From positions 32,001-96,000 of the IMG/VR virus record IMGVR_UViG_3300005095_000072: a DNA stretch of 64,000 bases, one strand, 5' to 3'. Origin of the DNA: a virus. A program made the position numbers and the translations under genes. Below are positions 58,502-64,000 of this stretch, one piece after another. The notes under the pieces were generated by a model that saw only the letters and a list, made by a program, of their open reading frames with translations, was not told where the DNA came from and made no database searches. Numbering within the stretch: the stretch's first letter is position 1; every line of letters begins with the position of its first letter.

Positions 58502-58588
58502 ATACTTTTAAAGTAGGTTAAGTTTGTTAGTTGTATCTTGTAGATATGGTTAGTAATTAGCTTATTAAGTTAGCTTAAAAGGAAAAAG

Positions 58589-59324
58589 ATGGGTAAAGTA
58601 AAAGCTACAGATGATTTAAAAATATTAGAAAATCTTAAAAAAGGTATATACACTGAAGAGTATGTACAAAAATTAAAATTAAAAGATACATTTAGTTTTA
58701 AAATAAAAGCTTATTATATTCATAAAGATAGATATAACTTTGAGGAAAGTAATTATATTTCAAAAGAGAGTAAGGTTAAAGTATTTTGTAATAAGTGTAA
58801 AGAATATTTTAATGTAAGAGTAGACACTGTAATAAGAACTAACTCTAAAGGAGGGTGTCCTAATAGATGTTGGAGAGAACCTTTTAGAGGTTATTCTATA
58901 GGTAATTTACACCAAAAAGAAAAAACTTTAAAAGAATTTAAAGAGTATGTTAAGATTTCAGGGTTAGATAAATTTTTTAAATATGATTTTTCAAGTTATA
59001 AAAGTGCAAATGAAGGTATTGTAACTACCTGTCTATTACATAATGAAACTTTTAAAAAACCTTTACATAAGTTACGAAAAGGGGTGGAGTTTAGGCAATG
59101 TTTATAAGAAAAATGGATTTAAAGAACATCATAAAACTCCTCCTAATTATTTTTATATAAAAGGGCAAGATAAATACAATAAAAAAAATTTTACAAAAAG
59201 TAAAATATCAAAAAGATATAATATACCTATTAATGAGATAAAATCTGAAAAAGCTGTAATGTATGAATTAGGTTATAAAAGGGTATATGATAGTGGATTA
59301 ACTTGTTATATGAAAGTAAATTAA
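58589..59324 (+). pseudogene. decayed Hef-like homing endonuclease (N- and C-terminal pieces in different frames)
   Basis: 58589..59107 has Cys repeats (CNKC..GCPNRC, CLLH). 59043..59324 has WSLGNVY..GF..PNYFY..RVYDSG. The nuclease core present in the 63094 paralog is missing. Confidence 0.65.
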
Positions 59325-59337
59325 TTAAAGGAAATAA

Positions 59338-60099
59338 ATGAGTAATAACACACTAGATAAAATAAAAATTTATAATATTTCTAGTAATGAACAAAAATAC
59401 CCTGAGATAGGCGATTGGCATAGTATTAATACATCTGCATTGTTTGGCTACAATGAGATGAAAGAGCTTTATTTTAAAGATAAAGTTACTTATGAAAAGA
59501 AGTATAGGAAAAAAGGAAAGTTCATAGGGTTAGGGCTGAATTATGGAGGAACTTGGAAAGTAGTTCAAGATAATACAGGTTTCTCTGAAAGTAAATCTAT
59601 AAAGTTATTTGCTAATTATTTTAAAAATCTGAAAGTGTTTAAGAAGTACTTAGATAAAATAGTTGCAAAGGCAATGAAAGTTAAGTATGTAGAAACTTTT
59701 TTAGGAAGACGGTTATTTTTACCTCAGTTAGATAGTGATGAATGGTGGATAAGAAACAAAGGAAAGAATAAGATATACAACTCCCCTATTCAAGCTATGG
59801 GGGCTGAGATGGTTAAGCTGATAACTTTAAAAGTGGGAGAGTACTTAGAAAGATATGATATTTATTCTTGGCAATTCAATAATATTACTAAAAGCTATCA
59901 TAAAAGAATTGTAGGTATCAATTATATTTATTATAAAAAGCATAAGAAAGAAATTGAAAAAAGATTTAATGATGCACCTGATGGGCATACAAAAGTCTTA
60001 GTAATAGGAAAAGATAAAGAAGTTAAGTTCGAGTATCAAAGGAACTTAAAAATATCTATGAAAGATATACGAGATTTTAAAATGTTTATAATATGGTAA
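59338..60099 (+). CDS. family A DNA polymerase fragment (fingers, motif B)
   Basis: DWHSINTSALFG, RKKGKFIGLGLNYG, YVETFLGRR, NSPIQAMGAEMVK. No motif A or C. Confidence 0.85.
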   Translation: MSNNTLDKIKIYNISSNEQKYPEIGDWHSINTSALFGYNEMKELYFKDKVTYEKKYRKKGKFIGLGLNYGGTWKVVQDNTGFSESKSIKLFANYFKNLKVFKKYLDKIVAKAMKVKYVETFLGRRLFLPQLDSDEWWIRNKGKNKIYNSPIQAMGAEMVKLITLKVGEYLERYDIYSWQFNNITKSYHKRIVGINYIYYKKHKKEIEKRFNDAPDGHTKVLVIGKDKEVKFEYQRNLKISMKDIRDFKMFIIW

Positions 60100-60680
60100 A
60101 GGAAAAGATAATGTTTGTTAAAGCTAAATATAATGATATAGATATGTATAAAAGAGATGTACAGCAAGATTTATTTATTCCGTTCAATACAGTCCATGAT
60201 GAGATTGATTATCTTATAGATTCAAATATGTTTAAACCACTTCTAAAAAAGATTATAAATATATCTGCACTTAAAAAAGTTATGGGTAAGTTGAAATTAC
60301 CTTATATTAATATATTGTTTGATGTAGAATACGATGAGTATAATAGTTGGACTGCTAAAAAAGATATAGATATATATCAAGTAGCTTTACATGAGGAAGA
60401 ACATAAGTGGAGAAAAAAGTATCAAGATTTGTATAGTAAGCTCAGTCAAAAGAGAAGTGATACAAATAAAAAAGAACCTTTAAAATCAAGTAGTAAAGAA
60501 AATCAAGTATCTTCTAACATAATAGAGCTGGTGTTACCTGAGAAAGAGATGACAGAAGAACTTTTAGAAAAGATACAAAAGTCATCAGAGGGTAATATTC
60601 GCTTAGGTGTTAATGTCAATGGAGATATAATGTGGTACTCTAAGCTTATCAACGAAAAGGTAGTGAAAGAGTATCTATAA
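60093..60680 (+). CDS. family A DNA polymerase fragment (palm, motif C)
   Basis: FNTVHDEIDY, then LFDVEY..NSW; alternative start ATG 60111 after AAGGA. Confidence 0.75.
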   Translation: MVKEKIMFVKAKYNDIDMYKRDVQQDLFIPFNTVHDEIDYLIDSNMFKPLLKKIINISALKKVMGKLKLPYINILFDVEYDEYNSWTAKKDIDIYQVALHEEEHKWRKKYQDLYSKLSQKRSDTNKKEPLKSSSKENQVSSNIIELVLPEKEMTEELLEKIQKSSEGNIRLGVNVNGDIMWYSKLINEKVVKEYL

Positions 60681-60716
60681 AATAAATGGCATTAGCCAAT
60701 ATCTAAGGAGATACTT

Positions 60717-61601
60717 ATGGATAGAGAGAAAGAGATACTATCTGTTGTGTCTGCACAATCAAGAGCTATGGACACTATAGCTTCAAGATTAGTAGCAGGT
60801 GAATACACAGATGAGGACATTCAAAGCAAGTTAGAGTCTGTTGCAAGAGTTCTTGAAACAACTGCAAGTGCACAAGATTACCTATATAGTCAAATACAAG
60901 ATGCAAGTTCGTTTAGTGTTATGGCAAATGATGAGTTCGACTCAGTATTGAGTAAAGTTCTAGCAACTCAAGCTCAAGCAGAACTACTAACACAAGCATT
61001 AGAGGGAGAGCTTGTTACTATTGCAGGTGATGAAGAGAGCGACGAAGATGAACTTGATGCAGAAGCTTGTGGAGTACAAGATGATGAGATATTAGAAGCT
61101 AAGTCTTTTGATATGTATGCAGGTGATGAAGAAGGAAATGACGAGCCTAGTGATGAGGACGATGATGTTCTTGAAACTGATGCAGTAGCAGTAAGGCATA
61201 ATCCAGAGACTGGAGATATAGAGGCTTATAGTGCTAAACCTAGTAAGCCTAAAATGATGTATATTAAAAAACAAAATGCAACTCCTCTAAGAAAACCTGC
61301 AGGTAGATTAAAAGTTAAACCTACATCAAGAGGTAAAAAACCTTTCGGAAAACCAACTGCAAGTGCAGAGGAGCTTATGGCACAAGCACAAGAGCTTATA
61401 GCAATGGCACAAGAGATAGGGCAAGGTGATAATCATGGAGAGATAAATCCTCAAGTGAAGCAAAGAGAACCTAAGTCTTTAAATAAAATGGTAAATGATA
61501 GTGCAAATGGAGTTCCTGCTGTAAAAACTGTAGCAAGTGAAACTACTATGCAATCAACTGCAAATGATAGCTCATCTATGATTAGATGGGACTTTGTGTA
61601 A
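60717..61601 (+). CDS. putative head scaffolding protein
   Basis: Acidic, Ala-rich, upstream of decoration and capsid genes; many xxA|S motifs. Confidence 0.55.
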   Translation: MDREKEILSVVSAQSRAMDTIASRLVAGEYTDEDIQSKLESVARVLETTASAQDYLYSQIQDASSFSVMANDEFDSVLSKVLATQAQAELLTQALEGELVTIAGDEESDEDELDAEACGVQDDEILEAKSFDMYAGDEEGNDEPSDEDDDVLETDAVAVRHNPETGDIEAYSAKPSKPKMMYIKKQNATPLRKPAGRLKVKPTSRGKKPFGKPTASAEELMAQAQELIAMAQEIGQGDNHGEINPQVKQREPKSLNKMVNDSANGVPAVKTVASETTMQSTANDSSSMIRWDFV

Positions 61602-61610
61602 GGAGCAAAT

Positions 61611-62069
61611 ATGTTGAAAATACTTTATAAAAATGGATGTATAGACGGAAATACATTTGAGCTAGACCCTGATATTTATCTAGGTCAGGATGCACTTGAA
61701 GCAAGTGATAATGAAGAAGTCCAAGCTCTAGTAGCAGGTAGATTAGCTACTATAGGAACTGATGGTTATGTAGAACTAGCAGATGGTAATCCTCTAGGTG
61801 TTATTGTAAATGATGCAGAGGGTAGAGACCTATATAACAAACCTGCTTTAGCAAGTGGTAAAGTTCCTGTTATGTTTGGAGGAGGTCTTGTAGAAACTGA
61901 CCAAGTAGTCGAGGATAATATAGCTATAGGTGATAAACTATATTGTGGAACTGGTGATAATAAAGGTCTATGGACAAAAACTGCTTCTGATGGTGCAGAA
62001 GTAATAGGTGTTGCTGTAAGTGCAAACTCAGCATCAGACAAAACTGTTAAAATACAGTCAAGAGTATAA
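61611..62069 (+). CDS. head decoration/cement protein
   Basis: Gly-rich beta protein (PLGV..ASGKVPV..ETD..IGDKLY..GLWT..IGV) immediately before the major capsid gene. Confidence 0.65.
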   Translation: MLKILYKNGCIDGNTFELDPDIYLGQDALEASDNEEVQALVAGRLATIGTDGYVELADGNPLGVIVNDAEGRDLYNKPALASGKVPVMFGGGLVETDQVVEDNIAIGDKLYCGTGDNKGLWTKTASDGAEVIGVAVSANSASDKTVKIQSRV

Positions 62070-62079
62070 GGAGAGTCGG

Positions 62080-63003
62080 ATGGAAAGATTTATCCCAACA
62101 AGTGTAGCTCAATCAACTAGCTCACTACAAGATATAACAACTAGAAACGAGCTGACTGCAAAGCTTATGGTAACTGCCGCAGGTAGAGAAGAATTGGCTG
62201 TGTCAATGGTAGAACCTCTAAGAGAGATGAGAGACTATCGTGCAGTAGGTAGAAGAGCATTTAGAGTATATCCTCTAGGACAAGGTGCTATTCCTGAGTT
62301 TCCTAAAGATGTAGATGTACCTGCTTATGTAATAGGTGAAGAAGGTGATGAAGTTCAAGCTAAAATAAAAGGAAAGAAAGTACTTGTACCTCTTTTCAAA
62401 ATAACTTCAAACCCTATGATACCTATAACTGAAATCAAACAAGCAAGATTTGACTTAAATGATAGAGTTAGAGAGAAAGTTAAATCAGAGATTGTTAAAG
62501 TAGAGGATGGTAAAATCTTTGAGCTTATGAAGATAGTAGCAGAGAGAAGCACAGATATAAATGCACTAACAACTGTAAATGAGTCAGAGCTAACAGTTAA
62601 GCACTTTAGCGAAGCACAAGCAGAGATAGAGAAGTGGGGAGAGCTTGATGCAGTAAATATCTTCATGAACCCTTATTGGAAACAAACTCTAAGAGAGATG
62701 AACAATGTTCAAACAGGGTACTATGTAGATTTTGAAACAGCAAGAGAGCTTATAACAGCAGGTTATGTTGCAAGAATCAATGGAACTCAAATTCATACTT
62801 CAAGTATGGTACCGAAAGATATGATATTCATAACAGCTGACCCTGAGTTCTTAGGAAGACTGGTTATTTCATTCGATTTAACAGTCATCGAATCAGAAGA
62901 TGCAAAGGCTCTCGAAGTCGGGTATAGTATCTTTGAAGAGATAGGTATCTTGATACACAACCCTAAAGCACTTAGTGCAATCAAAATCAATCTAGGACAG
63001 TAG
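62080..63003 (+). CDS. major capsid protein (HK97 fold)
   Basis: ATG 62080 after AAGGAG; GREELAVSMVEPLR..DY..VGRR, IFMNP, GYSIFEEIGILIHNPKA; followed by a terminator. Confidence 0.85.
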   Translation: MERFIPTSVAQSTSSLQDITTRNELTAKLMVTAAGREELAVSMVEPLREMRDYRAVGRRAFRVYPLGQGAIPEFPKDVDVPAYVIGEEGDEVQAKIKGKKVLVPLFKITSNPMIPITEIKQARFDLNDRVREKVKSEIVKVEDGKIFELMKIVAERSTDINALTTVNESELTVKHFSEAQAEIEKWGELDAVNIFMNPYWKQTLREMNNVQTGYYVDFETARELITAGYVARINGTQIHTSSMVPKDMIFITADPEFLGRLVISFDLTVIESEDAKALEVGYSIFEEIGILIHNPKALSAIKINLGQ

Positions 63004-63015
63004 TCTTAGTTTGTT

Positions 63016-63088
63016 AAGGTAGTTGAGGGAGGTTATCCCTCTCTACTTTTGTATAAGTAGTCAAGAGGACTTTTTATATAAGGGTAGA
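63016..63088 (+). terminator. capsid-operon terminator overlapped by a 16-bp hairpin covering the next RBS
   Basis: aaggtag..gaggga/tccctc..ctacttt; 63042-63057 pairs with 63073-63088. Confidence 0.65.
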
Positions 63089-63093
63089 AAAAG

Positions 63094-64000
63094 ATGGGTA
63101 AAGATAAAATTAGAATAAGAACAGCTCAAGGTGTATTTTACATAGAACCTACTAATCATAAATTTTCTTACAATACAAAGCAATACCTTGAAAAGCTTTT
63201 CTATAGGTATCCTGATAAATTTAAACCTAGACAATTTAGAAAATTTGCTTGGTTTAGTGCAAAGACTTTAACTAAAGTATATTGTTATGGCTGTAAAAAA
63301 TATATAGAGCAAACTCCTGAAAGATTACTAGGAGGTAAATTTTGTAAAGTATGTGCAGGTAATGTACAATACACAGATAAACAATTTAAAGAAAAACTAA
63401 AAGAAATTTATAAAGATAAACCTCATCTTGATTTTTCACAAGGGATTTACACTAAAGCAAGAGAGCCTTATAAGATGGTTTGTAAGTATCATGGAGAGTA
63501 TATTGTAAAATATGCATCTACTTTGTTAAAAGGGTATAATTGTTATAAATGCACTAGAAAATCAACTGCTGAAAATATGAATAAAGTAATGAAAGAAAAG
63601 TTTAAAAATGGTTATAAACCTGATAGAATTAAGATGAGGAAAACTTCATTTAAAGATAGATTAGATAAAGAGTTCGAGTTCGTAGAACCTATTGAAGTTG
63701 TAGACCAATATTATGCTACAGATAGAGTAGAGATACGACATAAGAAATGTGGCTCTATCAGAACTGTAAATCTTGATAATTGTTCTAGGTTAAAATGCTT
63801 TAAGTGTCATAGGGTAGGAACTTCAAAAGGGGAGCAAGAAGTAGCAGAGTTTTTAAAACAGTATGTAGATATTGAAGAACATATTAAACCTTTTGGAGAT
63901 AAAAGAGAGATAGATATTTATATACCTAGTAAAGATTTGTTTATTGAGTTCGATGGTGTATTTTGGCATAGTGATAAGTATAAAGGAGTTAAGGCTCAAC
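63094..64000 (+). CDS. Hef-like homing endonuclease, 3'-truncated by the window edge
   Basis: Translated by hand: repeated Cys units (CYGC..CKVC, CKYHG..CYKC) then SKGEQEV..REIDIYIP..LFIEFDGVFWHS (PD-(D/E)XK/Vsr-like). Confidence 0.85.
   Translation, partial: MGKDKIRIRTAQGVFYIEPTNHKFSYNTKQYLEKLFYRYPDKFKPRQFRKFAWFSAKTLTKVYCYGCKKYIEQTPERLLGGKFCKVCAGNVQYTDKQFKEKLKEIYKDKPHLDFSQGIYTKAREPYKMVCKYHGEYIVKYASTLLKGYNCYKCTRKSTAENMNKVMKEKFKNGYKPDRIKMRKTSFKDRLDKEFEFVEPIEVVDQYYATDRVEIRHKKCGSIRTVNLDNCSRLKCFKCHRVGTSKGEQEVAEFLKQYVDIEEHIKPFGDKREIDIYIPSKDLFIEFDGVFWHSDKYKGVKAQ

Noticed and set aside
60070-60099. Programmed -1 frameshift fusing the PolA fragments
   Set aside because: The -1 frame has TAA at 60078, slippage at T-TTT-AAA would put that stop in the A site, and the downstream ORF has its own SD.
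59850-60180. Split intein joining the PolA fragments
   Set aside because: No Cys/Ser block A after the first fragment and no HN/GN-plus-nucleophile end before motif C.
2566-62990. All minus-strand ORFs in the track
   Set aside because: Short, low-complexity shadows of well-supported + strand genes, with no motifs.
20507-63018. TTA(A)GTTTGTT motif at about 20507, 58518 and 63006 as an antitermination box
   Set aside because: Only three loose copies in AT-rich DNA; too weak without statistics.
1-64000. Stop-codon reassignment explaining the split genes
   Set aside because: Long conserved genes read through intact in code 11, all three stops end genes, and the fragments are in different frames or far apart.

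Overview
AT-rich window with densely packed genes, essentially all on the + strand, from a large lytic tailed dsDNA phage. The host is probably Campylobacterota, based on the NrdA/NrdB/ThyX sequence style, two Campylobacterota-type sigma70 promoters and Hef-like endonucleases. Positions 1-46 kb hold replication, recombination, nucleotide-metabolism and regulatory genes: Pif1-like helicase, SSB, endo VII, RecA, SbcD, split SbcC, beta clamp, DnaX, primase, ligase, thioredoxin, Tmk, ThyX, NrdAB with a mini-intein, four MTase-like genes and HU. Positions 47-64 kb hold the head module: TerL, portal, prohead protease, scaffold, decoration protein and major capsid protein. Top candidates for new biology: (1) between portal and protease, a cassette of modifying enzymes (kinase-like, Nudix, 2x GNAT, 2x ADP-ribosyltransferase-like, HAD), most sharing an M-K/R-I-I-A/S tag and some with internal xKA|S sites, suggesting a protease-processed capsid-cargo system; (2) a family A DNA polymerase broken into separately translated motif-B and motif-C pieces inside the head module, next to a decayed homing endonuclease, plus a split SbcC; (3) a catalytically dead PurC-fold protein; (4) a recurrent overlapping double-hairpin element, which covers the ribosome-binding sites of two nuclease genes. 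All family calls come from reading motifs by eye; no searches or folding computations were run.
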